A stretch of 64,000 nt of DNA, taken from Dictyostelium discoideum. Its lineage: Eukaryota. Positions 1-15,826 of this stretch are shown piece after piece; positions within the stretch are counted from its first letter, which is position 1, and each line of letters opens with the position of its first letter. Location of the stretch: assembly GCA_000004695.1 (NCBI GenBank), contig CM000150.2:1120001-1184000 (forward strand), in the 5' to 3' direction. Below the pieces are notes generated by a model that saw only the letters and a program-made list of their open reading frames with translations, ran no database searches and was not told the origin of the DNA. The position numbers were made by a program, and so were the translations under genes.

Positions 1-1104
1 CAACAACAACAACAACAACAACTACAACAACAACAGCAACAACAAAATCAACAAAATAATAATTTAGGATATATTAAAAAAGATGGTATAATTTTTAGTT
101 TAAATGAAAATTCAAAAAATTTTAATGATTTTAAAGAAAGAAGTAAAGAATTTGATATGATTATAAAGTTTATAAATGAAAAGAAATCAATGTTAAGTAG
201 AGAAATGGTTGAATTTGAAAGACAAAATTCAAAATTAATAAATATTGCAATTAATCAGATATCAGCTTCACAAGAACAAGTTAATGAAAAAACCAATAAA
301 TTAATTAAATCAATTCAAGATTCACAACAATCTGATTATTTAAAGAAATCAACGATTTTATCAATTGTGAAAAAGTCATTAAGTCAAGTTGAATCACAAA
401 TTACATTTCATAATGCTTCATCATTTCCATTGGCATTAGTATTGGTTAGAGTTGGTGAAAAGTATCCAGAGTTAATTGATTGCTTATTAGCTTCATTAAA
501 TGAAAAATGTTGTTATACTGTACCTTACTATGTCTCACCAAAAGAGAATGAATCACAATCTTCAATTTCAAAAAGGATGGGTTATGCATTTAGTAATGAT
601 ATTGTTGGAGATAATGATAAACCAATTGAAACTGAAGATGAATTTCATAAAAGAATTTGTGGTTATTTATCATTATATTGTGCTTTAATTTTAAAATCAG
701 AACAACCTCATAAATCAAGCTCTTCTTCTTCCTCCTCCTCCTCTTCAACAATGATGTTTGGTTTTGGTACACAAATTGGTAATAATAATAATAATAAACT
801 TATAAATAAGAATTTAAATATTGAAAGTTCATTAAGATGGTTAAAAGATTTAGTATCATTAAGACCACGTCGTATTACATCATATTTATTTGTAACATTT
901 TTCACTCATCTTGGTAACCTATTATCAAAGAATCAGAAGAGTAGTTTAGAATTTAAAATAATTGTTGGGAAAATAGTTGAAGAAAATTTCTTTAATCAAA
1001 TGAATAAACCTGGTACTGAAGGTTCATTTTCAAGATTAAAAAATTTAATTGAAGAATATTATAAAACTGGTACCTTTCAACAACATGAAGGTGTTGATTT
1101 TTAA
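1..1104 (+). CDS. gle1: mRNA export factor GLE1 homolog, C-terminal part. The reading frame is open from base 1 through a poly-Q run, so the 5' end lies outside the window. Stop at 1102-1104.
   Basis: The frame is open from nt 1, where (CAA)n encodes poly-Q. The conserved C-terminal block 'FPLALVLVRVGEKYPELIDCLLASLNEKCCYTVPYYV...EFHKRICGYLSLYCALI...SFSRLKNLIEEY' matches the GLE1 C-terminal domain from memory (human '[35 protein letters not shown]', 'RMSGMIRLYAAII', 'GSFIRLKQFLE'). Confidence 0.7.
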   Translation, partial: QQQQQQQLQQQQQQQNQQNNNLGYIKKDGIIFSLNENSKNFNDFKERSKEFDMIIKFINEKKSMLSREMVEFERQNSKLINIAINQISASQEQVNEKTNKLIKSIQDSQQSDYLKKSTILSIVKKSLSQVESQITFHNASSFPLALVLVRVGEKYPELIDCLLASLNEKCCYTVPYYVSPKENESQSSISKRMGYAFSNDIVGDNDKPIETEDEFHKRICGYLSLYCALILKSEQPHKSSSSSSSSSSSTMMFGFGTQIGNNNNNKLINKNLNIESSLRWLKDLVSLRPRRITSYLFVTFFTHLGNLLSKNQKSSLEFKIIVGKIVEENFFNQMNKPGTEGSFSRLKNLIEEYYKTGTFQQHEGVDF

Positions 1105-1190
1105 ATTCAATTTATTAATATAAAAAAAAAAAAAAAAATAATCAAAATAAAATAATAATAAAAAATTAATTTAAATTATAACACAATAAT

Positions 1191-1221
<31 letters not shown>

Positions 1222-1612
1222 ATTGCAGTGTACATTAAAAAAAAAAAAAAAACTTTAACTATAATAAATAAACATTTAATTATGTGATAAATATCACATA
1301 CACTTTTTAAATCAATAATTTATTTTATTATTTATTCAATTTTTAAATTTTCTAAACAAACACCACGCCCAATAAATCATATCAACTTCCATTTAATTAA
1401 ATTAAAATAAAAAAAATTAATAAATAAAATAAAATAAATAATTAAGAAAATAATATTAATATTAAAATTAATATTTTATTGTATTAAAAACTTTAAAAAG
1501 AAATCTTATAGTTTTTGTTGAAATTTATTTATTCATCTGATCTTAAAGATATTATTTCAGAATTATCATAAAGATTAATTGTATCTTTATTTTTTAAATA
1601 AAAAGAATAAAA

Positions 1613-1735
1613 TTGATTGGAACAATAATCATTAAAAAATGGTTCGATGACTCTTATGAACATATAATGGGCGATAAAGGCTTTCAAGGATCCGATAAAT
1701 TATATTTTAAATTTATAGTAATTTCGAGAAAAAAC

Positions 1736-1776
<41 letters not shown>

Positions 1777-2038
1777 TAATGATGGTGATATAAATGGAGA
1801 ATGTTTTGAACCAGAATATTATGTAAGCGATGAAAAAGAATCAGATGCAAGGTTTAAATCGATTAGAATAATAATTGAAAATGTTTTTGCTCACATTAAA
1901 AAATATTCAATTACCTGTCTCACTTTTAGATTTAAGAATAAGATTGAATCAACAACTTTATTGGACTATCATCATAAAATTTGGTGTGTTGTTGCATTTT
2001 TGGTTAACTTGTATGTTGAAATTAGAAAGAAAGAATAA
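1613..2038 (+). pseudogene. Remnant of a DDE_Tnp_4 (Harbinger/PIF-type) transposase C-terminal region, interrupted by an (AAT)n poly-N insertion. It has no credible start and no N-terminal catalytic part.
   Basis: The 141-aa ORF contains 'GDKGFQGS' and 'ARFKSIRIIIENVFAHIKKYSITCLTFRFKN'. This resembles the conserved 'D.GY' and 'R..VE..Fg.LK.RF.iL' blocks of Harbinger/PIF DDE transposases. The ORF track translates its first residue as M, but the first in-frame ATG is at Met18, the upstream catalytic D residues are missing, and a repeat family follows at 2131-2345. Confidence 0.5.
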
Positions 2039-2130
2039 ACTCTCATATTAATTTAATATGAAAACAATTTCGACAAAAAAAACATTTTCATTTCACAAAA
2101 AAAAACTTTTTTTTCTGAAAATATTATCAT

Positions 2131-2345
2131 TATTTATTATTTTAAATCTATTATCAAATAAATTATTATATATATTTTTTTTTTTTTTTTTTTGGTGTTT
2201 TGAAGATATTTTTATTTTTCGATAAACAGTTTTTTAAATTTTTTTTTCTAAGTTACTTTTTTTAAGATTGGCATTTTTTGGTGTTTTGAAGATATTTTTA
2301 TTTTTTTCGATAATCAGTTTTTTAAATTTTTTTTTCTTTTTTTTT
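2131..2345. repeat. ~115-bp AT-rich repeat element, present here as one full copy plus one partial tandem copy. It reads 'tattttaaatctattatcaaataaattat...tttttcgataaacagttttttaaatttttttttctaag' and is related to the copy at 4961-5075.
   Basis: Direct inspection: 2131-2262 and 4961-5075 share 'ttaaatctattatcaaataaatta(t)tatat' followed by 'ttatttttttcgataa(a/t)cagttttttaaatttttttttctaag'. The second half recurs in tandem at 2270-2340. Confidence 0.75.
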
Positions 2346-2623
2346 TTTTTATTTTAAATATTCACACTTTCACCAATTAAAACACAAACCCTAAAAAATG
2401 CAATGAGTGAAAGATAACACTCCATTTTGACACCTGTGTTGGTGTTGACTTGAACAAAGATCTAAACCATGGGTTAAAAAAAAAAAAAAAATAAAAATAA
2501 TAGACTTAAAAAAAATATAAATACTTTAAAACTTTTTTTTTTTTTTCATTCTCAAAAATAAATTAAATAACTTTTAAAACAAAAAATTTAAATAAATAAA
2601 ATAAAAAAATTAAAAATAAAGAA

Positions 2624-3895
2624 ATGATAAATATTGAAGATATTTCAAAATCTTCAAATGAAAGTGAAGAAAAACAATTAAAAAGTACAAGTACAAGTTC
2701 AAAACCAAAATACCCATTCGCAGCAAAAAGCTTATTCAAAGGTTCAAATAATATTATACCATATTATTTATCAACCAGTAATACATTCCAATGTGTAGCA
2801 TCTGAGTCAATTCAAACATGGCTTCTTTCAGATGATGGTCATATCTTTACATCCAGTGGTAATTTTGTTTTAGATGTTTCATCAGGTGGTTATTTTGTTG
2901 AATTAGTACAACTTAATTCAAATTCAAAAACTCAAATTTGGACAATTGATACAACAAATAATAAAATTCAAAACCAAGGTAATGGTAAATACCTTGATAT
3001 CGACAATTTGAATATTTGTGTTGCACCTTTAAATGGAAACGCAACTCAAAAATGGACAACTTTTAGAAGAGCACCAATTCCAACTGGTAATTGGGGTTAC
3101 TTTCAAAGCAAAAAATTGGATTCCAATAATAATTATTGGGGTCTAAGTGTATTAAATAATAGTACATCATATAATACTAGTGTAGTAATGAATAAAGTTC
3201 AAGCAAAATCAATAGGTCAAATTTGGCAAATGACAAACGATGGTCACATTTTATCACGTTTGGATGGTAATTTAGTATTAGATATTGGTCCATCAATTAA
3301 TGGTAGTAAAACAAACTATTATTTAAATACCAATGTTTACAAAGCAAATGATCTAATGCAACAATGGGGTATCAACGAAAATAATCAAATATTCAATCAA
3401 TATTATCCAAATTTATGTATTGGATTCGTTGGCGAACTTGGAGTTGATTCAACTGTTAATTGTGTATTAGCTCAACCAACTAGTGCTAGTGATATTAATT
3501 TCCAATGGATTGCAAATCCAACCTATTCATTAAACCAAATTGTTAGTGAAGTACCAGAACCATTTCCAGCTTACACAAGTGGTGATTTATTAGCATCATA
3601 TCAATACCTTAGTAATGATGCAACAAATGGTTATACTGATGATATTAGATCACTTTATACAAGTATTAATGTTAGTTTAGAACATTTCTATGTTAATGTC
3701 TCCAATGCAACTTGTCCATCATCAATTCATTCAACTGAAGATTTTTCAAATGTTCAAAATCAAATCAAAAATGAACTCACCTACGCAATCAATGTCCGTT
3801 TAGTATTTGATAACTATTCCGATTTTTATAGTAAATTATTTAGTCAAGGTAGTACAAATTTAACAAACTTGGCAAATTTAATTAATGTCATCTGA
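2624..3895 (+). CDS. Ricin-B (beta-trefoil, QxW) lectin-domain protein, N-terminal ORF of a split gene. It may belong to the Dictyostelium Cup (calcium-upregulated) ricin-B protein family.
   Basis: Repeated QxW motifs are spaced like beta-trefoil subdomains: 'TQIWTID', 'TQKWTTF', '[25 protein letters not shown]', '[13 protein letters not shown]', 'NFQWIANP'. The 423-aa ORF ends at TGA 3893-3895, immediately followed by a 19-bp tandem duplication. Family assignment beyond ricin-B is inference. Confidence 0.6.
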   Translation: MINIEDISKSSNESEEKQLKSTSTSSKPKYPFAAKSLFKGSNNIIPYYLSTSNTFQCVASESIQTWLLSDDGHIFTSSGNFVLDVSSGGYFVELVQLNSNSKTQIWTIDTTNNKIQNQGNGKYLDIDNLNICVAPLNGNATQKWTTFRRAPIPTGNWGYFQSKKLDSNNNYWGLSVLNNSTSYNTSVVMNKVQAKSIGQIWQMTNDGHILSRLDGNLVLDIGPSINGSKTNYYLNTNVYKANDLMQQWGINENNQIFNQYYPNLCIGFVGELGVDSTVNCVLAQPTSASDINFQWIANPTYSLNQIVSEVPEPFPAYTSGDLLASYQYLSNDATNGYTDDIRSLYTSINVSLEHFYVNVSNATCPSSIHSTEDFSNVQNQIKNELTYAINVRLVFDNYSDFYSKLFSQGSTNLTNLANLINVI

Positions 3896-3900
3896 CCAAG

Positions 3901-4950
3901 TTGTTGTCATCTGACCAAGTTGTAAATGGAAATTACACCGATGCAATTACCAGTGTTTTTTATGCAATTATTTCAGAGATACCAATTGGTGGTTCAATAA
4001 TTGCAAACATTGGTGAGTCAGCAGTAGAATTTGGTGAATTAGATGCTGAAAGTAATGATTCAGGCCCATCAACCTATCAAGTTACATTAAGTAAACTCTA
4101 TGATCATTTAAATGAAAATTATGAAAATGAAATGGCAAATGCCCAAAGAATGAAAAATACCATTTTACAAGATTGGGGTATGATGAGTAAAACCTTTGCA
4201 TTATGTTTCTTACCAACCAATAATCCATCCTCACTCAATATCAATGGATTAGACTTTCAAAAAATTTCTACCATAGCTTCTATAGCTTACCAAACTGCAA
4301 TGATTCAAATGTTATTACCAACTAATTATCAAATTTACTTTACACCAGCTGGTTACTATGCACCAGTTTCAAGTGATGATTACTCTTATACTGATAGTAC
4401 TGGAACCTATATTATGGCGGAAATCGATAACTGTAACTCTCATCCTCCAAAAGCTTTAACCGATAAGTTATGGAATAATGGAGTTTCAAAACAAGAAGTT
4501 TTCACATCTTCCTATGGTTGGAATTTAGCTACCTCTGTGACCTATTACAATATGGTCGGTAGATATGGTGGAATGTTTAAATTATCTTTCCCAACTGTAA
4601 AGAATTTAACATCAGTACCAATTCAATTCGTAATGACCAATGGAAGGGATAGAGTTGGTACTTTCAATGTTAAAACTCATTTTACTGGATTAGCCTCAAC
4701 ATATTACAATTCAGGTGCCCTTGGTCATCATTATTACGATATTGCTGTAACTGATATTAACGGTAACAAGGTTGCAAATTTCACAGTTGACAATAATTTG
4801 GTAGCTCTTGAAGGTAGTTATGTTTCAATCAAAACTAATTCATTAGTTGTTCAACCAGGTTATGTTGTTGGTAATCCAACTTGTAATCAAGGTGGTTTTT
4901 CTCAAGGATTTGCTGCTTCAATTTTAATTCCAATTTATAAATCAAATTAA
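3901..4950 (+). CDS. C-terminal continuation or partner ORF of the ricin-B lectin gene. It has no ATG start in the present sequence, and its beta-rich C-terminal domain is of unknown family.
   Basis: The 349-aa ORF is open only from TTG at 3901. Removing one copy of the 19-bp duplicate (3905-3923) restores ATG-TCA-TCT ('MSSDQVVNG...'), which overlaps the upstream TGA by 11 nt. The two ORFs total ~772 aa, the size I recall for Cup proteins (~85 kDa). Confidence 0.45.
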   Translation: MLSSDQVVNGNYTDAITSVFYAIISEIPIGGSIIANIGESAVEFGELDAESNDSGPSTYQVTLSKLYDHLNENYENEMANAQRMKNTILQDWGMMSKTFALCFLPTNNPSSLNINGLDFQKISTIASIAYQTAMIQMLLPTNYQIYFTPAGYYAPVSSDDYSYTDSTGTYIMAEIDNCNSHPPKALTDKLWNNGVSKQEVFTSSYGWNLATSVTYYNMVGRYGGMFKLSFPTVKNLTSVPIQFVMTNGRDRVGTFNVKTHFTGLASTYYNSGALGHHYYDIAVTDINGNKVANFTVDNNLVALEGSYVSIKTNSLVVQPGYVVGNPTCNQGGFSQGFAASILIPIYKSN

Positions 4951-4960
4951 AAAAATCGAT

Positions 4961-5075
4961 TTTAATTATTTATTATTTTAAATCTATTATCAAATAAATT
5001 ATATATTTTTTTTTTTCGATAGTTTTATTTTTTTCGATAATCAGTTTTTTAAATTTTTTTTTCTAAGATACTGTT
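4961..5075. repeat. Second copy of the ~115-bp repeat, forming direct repeats around the lectin segment.
   Basis: See 2131-2345. It abuts the truncated paralog fragment at ~5075. Confidence 0.75.
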
Positions 5076-5084
5076 ATCTGGTTA

Positions 5085-5690
5085 TCTGAAAAATTAATTT
5101 CTTGATTTGAAATATTACCTTTAATTTTAGATTTGAATTTAATTAATTGATCAAAGAATAAATCGATTCTATTAATATCTAAAAAAAATATTAAATGCTC
5201 ATTTAAAATTTCTAATTTATTACCTCTTTAACTTTTTTCCAATACTTTATAGAGTGATTCAACTGAAGTTTCATCTTCAAAGATTTTTTCAATTGAAATT
5301 TTAAAATTGAAAAATTGATCTTCATCTTCATCCAATTCACCATATACTTCATTAAAATATTTTTAAGATATATAGATTTCATTGACAAGTATTCATATTG
5401 ATTATAGGTTGAATCCAAATCTATAAAAAACTGTTTACCCCCACTATTGGCTTCTTCAATTAAATCATAAGCTTCACAAATCCATTCAAATATATCACAT
5501 TCTTTTAAATATAATTCATAAAGACCTTCTATTAACTTTTGAAATACATTTGCAAACCTTGATTCTGATCGAATATTATCAAAAAAAAATATTTAAAATT
5601 AATGAATTTAATTCAAGTATTGAATGATAGAATGTAGAAAACAAAATTGGTAGAAATCTTTCTTCTAAATTTTCAGTTGAAATTACAAAT
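5085..5690 (-). pseudogene. Inverted, internally deleted fragment paralogous to the C-terminal third of the 33178..36723 gene.
   Basis: The reverse-strand translation matches 'FSTENLERRFLPILFSTFYHSI', 'YLIEEAN.G.K.F.IDL', 'QYEYLSMKSIYLK', 'ILNEHLIFFLDINRI(N/D)LFFDQLIKFKSKIKGNISNQEINFSD' of the large gene. The acidic and SR-rich blocks are missing and stops are present. Confidence 0.7.
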
Positions 5691-5692
5691 TC

Positions 5693-6241
5693 TTGAATAT
5701 AATCATTATAACCAAACTTTATAGAAATTATGAAACAATTTTATCTCAAGTTGAAATTATATTTAAAAATAATTCAAAAGAATCCATTTTAGAATTCATT
5801 AAATATTATTCATCAAAAGATGTATATGAATTAATTGGTAATTTATATTGTGATCATATGGTTATAATGTTTTATATTCTCTATTCATCAGATACTAAAG
5901 ATCAATATTTAGAATTTTTAAATTCAATTAATCCATATTGTTGTTCATCATCGTCACCAGCATGGTCATCATCAATTGATTCAAAACAAAATGAAAATGG
6001 TTCTGATGAAAATGGTGCAGATGAAAAAAGAGAAAAATATTTACATATTCAATCAATTAAATGTTATTTTCCACTTGAATGGAATTTATTTTTAAATAAT
6101 ATTAAATCATATTCTCCATTTAATAAAGTATTATTATTAACTATTTTTAAAATGTTTTCAATCTTTTCTTTTAATATTAAAAAATCTTTATTTATTGAAT
6201 TTCCTTTTTTTAAATATTTCAATGTTAAATTCATTTTCTAA
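5693..6241 (+). pseudogene. Plus-strand fragment paralogous to the middle of the 33178..36723 gene (residues ~430-600).
   Basis: 'ETILSQVEIIFKNNSKESILEFIKYYSSKDVYELIGNLYCDHMVIMFYILYSSDTKDQYLEFLNSINPYCCSSS...YLHIQSIKCYFPLEWN' is near-identical to the large gene but truncated and divergent at both ends. Confidence 0.7.
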
Positions 6242-6334
6242 AAACTTTAAATTAAATAATCTTTTTTTAATTTCAAATGATTCAATTTCAAAGAATTTAT
6301 TAATTTCAATTTTTGAAACATTTATATAACCATC

Positions 6335-6465
6335 TGATTTTGTATTGGTATTGGTATTGGTATTGGTATTTGTATTTGTATTGGTATTTGTATTGGTATT
6401 GGTATTGGTATTGGTATTGGTGGTGGTATTGGTGGTGGTATTGGTATTGGTGGTATTATAAAGTT
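6335..6465. repeat. (GGTATT)n hexanucleotide microsatellite.
   Basis: Tandem 'tattggtattggtatt' units; the 'WYWYWY' ORF it generates is an artefact. Confidence 0.9.
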
Positions 6466-7364
6466 TTGGATTATCTAAAATTAATTCTAATAACTCTACA
6501 TTACAACGATAATTATTATAAACTGTAATTGAAATAATTTTATTTTTTAACTCAACTCAATTGAACTCATTATTTCTTTGGTGAAATTTTAATTGGTTTT
6601 GAAATTAATTTTAAGAAAGCTAAAAAAAAATAAAAAAATAAAAAAACAAATAAAAAAAATTAAATAAAAAAAAATAGAATACTAATATAAACATTAATTT
6701 TAATTAAACCCAACCAGATTTTTTTATTTGTTTTTGTTTTTATTTTTATTTTTTTTTTTATTTTTTTTTATTTTTTTTTGTTTTTTTTTTTTTTGTTTTT
6801 TTTTTTTTTTTTTTTTTTTTGAAAAGTATTTTTAATTGGATATTATTTGAAAAATATTTTTAAACTGGGGGTGTGTTGGTGTTTAATTTTTCTGTTTAAT
6901 TTTTTTGTTTTTTTTTTCTTCATTATTAAACAAAAAAAAAAAAAAAATAAAAACAATTTAACAAAAAAAACAAAATAAAAATAACTTTTTTTGAATTTGA
7001 CACTTTTGGTGTGAAAAGGATTAAAAAAGATTACGGAGTGGATTATTAAAATATTACAAAAAAAAAAATTTTTTAATGACAATAGTAATTTATGTTTTAA
7101 TATAATTTCGGTAAATAAAAAAAATAAAATAAAAAAAAAAACAAAAAAACAAAAAAAAATAAATAAAAAAATAAAATATATGTATAATAAAAAGTAATAA
7201 ATAAAATAAATAAAATAAATAAAATAAAAAAATAAAAATAATATGTTTAAGGTGATTGATCAAAAATTTTAAAAGAAAAAAAAAAGAAAATTTAAAAATA
7301 ATTTTTTTTTGAAAATTTGAAAAGGCAAAAGGGCCAAAAGATTTTTTGAATATTTGCATTTCCG

Positions 7365-7399
<35 letters not shown>

Positions 7400-7448
7400 C
7401 CAAACGACATCTGAAAATAATACTTTCTAAAAAAAAAAATACAAAAAT

Positions 7449-7481
<33 letters not shown>

Positions 7482-8798
7482 CTTTTTTAAAATAAATTTA
7501 AATAATTATTTGAATCTGAAAAAAAAATAAAATAAAAATAAAAATTTTTAAAATTAGAAAAAAAAAAAAAAAATACAAAAAATTGAAAAAAAAAAAATAA
7601 AATATAAAATAATTTAAAAAAAAAAATAAAAAAAAAAATAAAACGACAAACAAATAATACAAAATTAATTAATATTTTAATAATATATAAATATATTTTT
7701 CATATGATAAATTACCATAATAAAAAAAATAAAAATAAAAAAAATAAAAAAAAATCAATTTATAAAAACAATATTACCCCATTTCTCACCACTCCCCTAA
7801 CTCACCTCACTCGTTGACACTCCGTAGGATTGCCAAAAATCTTCAACTCTATTTTCTTTTAAAATAATTTAAAAATTTTATTTTTTTTTTTTTTATTTTT
7901 TTTATTTTTTTATTTTTTATTTTTTTTTTTTTTTTTTTTTGAAATCCAACCTGTCATAAATAAAATTTTTTTTTTTTTTTTCTATCATTCTTTTTATTAG
8001 TTTTTCCTTTGCCAATACAATAAATAATATTAATCAGTAAGTATAAAATTAAATTAAAAAAAAAAAAAAATTAAAAAATAAAAAAAAATAAAAATAATAA
8101 AAATAAAAAAATAAAAAAAAAAAAAAAATAATAATAATAATTAAATAATTCCAAATAAATTAAAAAAAAAAAAAAAAAAAAAATATTTTTTATTTTATTT
8201 TTTTAATCTATTTTAAAGATTCAATCACAAAATTTTTTTTTTTTTAATTATTTTTTTTTTTTTTTTTTTAAAAAGGATCTTTTTTTTTTTGGAAAACCCC
8301 CTAACAATTAAAATTTTTTTTTTTTTTTTTTAAAATTCCATAGTTTGATAAAAGAAAAAAAAAAAAAAAAAAAAAAAACAAAAACTAAAAAATTAAACAC
8401 CCACATTATTGATAAAAAAAACAATCAAGTATTTTTTGAACCTTTTTTAATTGAATAAAAAGTTATGAATATCAAAAATTCAACAAATAGTTTAACAAAC
8501 GAAGATATCAACACCACTAATAATACCAACAACCAACCAAGCGACAGCAATAATAATAATACTAGTAATATTAATAGCAGTAGCAGTCAAGTACCATCAT
8601 CATCATCACCACCACTACCACCGCAACAACAACAACCAATTATTACCACCATCAGCAATTCGTCAATCACAATCACACATACCAAAACAAACATCATTTC
8701 ACGATTTTAATCTTTGTCACAATCCACATAATGAGATTAACCCATTTGCAGACACCTCAAATAACCCAAACAATGGAGCCAGTGGTAGTGGAAATCCA

Positions 8799-12710
<3,912 letters not shown>

Positions 12711-13837
12711 ATTAAATTAAAATAATATAATAAATATAAATATAAAAATATCATATACATATACCTGTGTATTTTTTTCATTTGTTTTTAAGTTTAAGGG
12801 AAAAAAAGAAAAAAACAAAGTTAACTTTGTCTTTTTTTAATGGAAATCATTTTTTTTCACTTTTATTTTTTATATTTTTTCTTTACTATTAATATTTTTA
12901 TTTTTTATATTTATAATCCTCACCTGGAAATGTATCTTTTTCTTTATCCAATAGCATTATTTCTTACAAGAACGACCTTGTTGAGAAATAAAAAAAAAAA
13001 AGAAATAAAAAAAAAAGAAATAAAAAAAAAAAAAAAAAAAAAAAAGAATATATAAACAAAATCTTTTTTTTTTTTAATTTTTAAATTTATTATTTTGCAA
13101 AATGGAAGGCAACAATGAATATTTAGATATATGTATTTATTTAAAAACTTTTGAAGAGAATATGGACTTATTAGTTGCGACTTTGCTAAACCTAAATGAA
13201 GGTAGATTTTATTTATTTTTTATTTTATATTTATTTTTTTTTTAGGAAGTTGGACAGGGGGAAAATTTTATAATATTTTATAATATAAGTTCTTTTTTAT
13301 TTTTTTTATTTTTTTTTATTATTTAATTATTATATTTGTTTTTGAAATGCAGTTTTATTTAAAAATTTTAAGGTTTATTCAATAAACTTTATTGAAAAAT
13401 TTAGGGAATTATATGGCCATATATTTTCCTAATGTTATAGTGCATAGATAAATCTTTCCTTTCTCTGACACCAATATTAATACTGACCATTTTTTATTTC
13501 TCTTTGGATATGATAGTATTGATATGAACATTAACTTTTCCAAATGATATAGTGCATAGATAAATCTTTCCTTTCTTTACCATTAGATTGGGTTATGATA
13601 CATATCATATTACTACATTTTCTTAGAAATAACCACTTTTAAATTCTTTTTTCTATATTTTTTAATAGTAAAATTAGATTTATTTATTTTTTTTTAATTT
13701 TATTAATTATTTTTAATTTTTTTTTTAAATCACTTTTTAACCTTTTTTTTTTTTTTTCTTTTAAATTCTATCTTTAATCTTTGTTTTTGAAATAATACTA
13801 TTTCATTTTATTGGTTTTAATTCTTTGGTTTGGAATG

Positions 13838-13871
<34 letters not shown>

Positions 13872-14947
13872 TCAATTTATATTCTGATAATTTTTTTTAT
13901 ATTTCCAATTTAAAATTATTTTGATTTGTCCTAAAAAGGAATGTTAATTTTTTTTTTTTTCCTTTTTTTTAATCAAATTTCTAAATTGGAAACTATTAGA
14001 TTAATTTTATAAAATTTTTGTTTTGTTTTTATTATACTTATTCTCCCCATAAATCATCCATCAACATTGAAATTATTTAATAATCTTACTCAAACTAAAA
14101 AAAAAAATTGTAAGTTATAACTATTCACTTAAAACAAAAAAAAAAAATTTTACAATCTTTATTATTATATACTAATATTAATTGTATATAGGCTTCTTCA
14201 TTTATTATTAAATTGTTTTCAATATTTGAAGCTGTTAAATTAATTTCTTCTTTATCTGCTAATGGAAACAATATTTATTTTTTTATTTTTTTATTTATTT
14301 TTTTATTTGTTTTTTTATTTTATTAATTTTTTAATTTATATAAAAGAAAACAATGATTTGGTTAACTTTTAATTGTTTTTTTTTAATTTTCTTTTTTGGT
14401 TGAAGGTATAAATTCTTCAGAATCTTCCCTTAATTCATCTTCAAACAAAGAATATTAGATTAAAATATAATTCAAAAAAAAAAAATTTTTGTGTTTTTTT
14501 TTTTTTTTTTTTTTTTAATCTATTATAATGACAAACACAGGTCCAATATTTTTTTATTTTTTATTTTTTCCATATGTTAACAAATAATTAAAATAATAAT
14601 TAAAATCACACAAATAATAAAAAATACATAAATTACTAATAATAGATTTCCAAAAAAAAATCTTTCCACAAGTTGACAATAAGCGAAAAAAAAAAAAAAA
14701 ATAAAAAAAAACATATCTCTGATATTGTTTGTTCAAATGTCAAATGACAAAAGAATTATTTTAAAAAATAAAAAATAAATTGTTAAAAAAAAAAAAGATA
14801 TTTTTTTTTTGACTTTTTTTTTTTTTTTTTTTATTCATTGAAAAAAAGATATTTTTATTTATTTTATATTCTTTTTTGTATTATTTTTTTTTTTTCTTTC
14901 CATTTACTAAGATCCATCTTTGATCTTTTGGTTCTTAATAAAAATAA

Positions 14948-14979
<32 letters not shown>

Positions 14980-15481
14980 CACAAACTTTATTTTTAAATT
15001 TGTCCACAAACCTTTTTTATTTTTTTTTTTTGATTTTATTTTTTTTTTTTTATTTTATTTTTTTTTTAAATATTTTTTTTTTTTGGTTTTTTTTAATAAA
15101 AATTTAAAATTTTATATTTTTCCAATTTTTTTTTTTTTTTTTTTAAATTATCACACAACCCACATCTGCTTCTAATCATTTTAAATGTAATTATTTTATT
15201 GCATAACTCCATCAACTATAAACACAATCTGAATTTGAATGAAACCAACCACCCTTTAGCACACAACCACCACTCACCACAAACAATAATTTTCTCTCAT
15301 AACCCACCCTCAATAAGTCCTCAAACTATTTTTAAAAAAAAAATAAAAATAAAAAAAATATAAAAAAATAAAAAAAATAAAAAAATAAAAAAATAAAAAA
15401 ATAAAAAAAAGGAAAAAAAAAACAATAATAATAATAAAATAATAATAATAATAAAAATAATAATACAAAATCAGTTTACAA

Positions 15482-15516
<35 letters not shown>

Positions 15517-15616
15517 ATAACAAAAACCAATATTCTTATAATTTTTTTTTTTTTTAACAACGCAATAAAAAAAAAAAAAAAAATCCACATTATTAATATT
15601 TTTTTTTTTTTTTTCA

Positions 15617-15649
<33 letters not shown>

Positions 15650-15779
15650 CAACTAAAATATTTTTAACTCCATAACAAACACCACACATATCTAAAATAG
15701 AAGCCTTTTTTTTTTTCTCTGGGAATCAAAACAACAATAATAATAGTTATTAAATTTAAATAAATAATAATAAACCAAA

Positions 15780-15826
<47 letters not shown>

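Noticed and set aside
6313-6528. 'WYWYWY' ORF.
   Set aside because: It is a translation of the (GGTATT)n microsatellite.
7090-7410. ORFs encoding poly-K/poly-F peptides (7090..7410, 6843..7082, 14838..15107, 15310..15689, 21258..21467, 24341..24589 and others).
   Set aside because: They lie entirely within poly(A)/poly(T) intergenic tracts. Their translations are homopolymeric K/F/I/L with no complexity, so they are frame artefacts.
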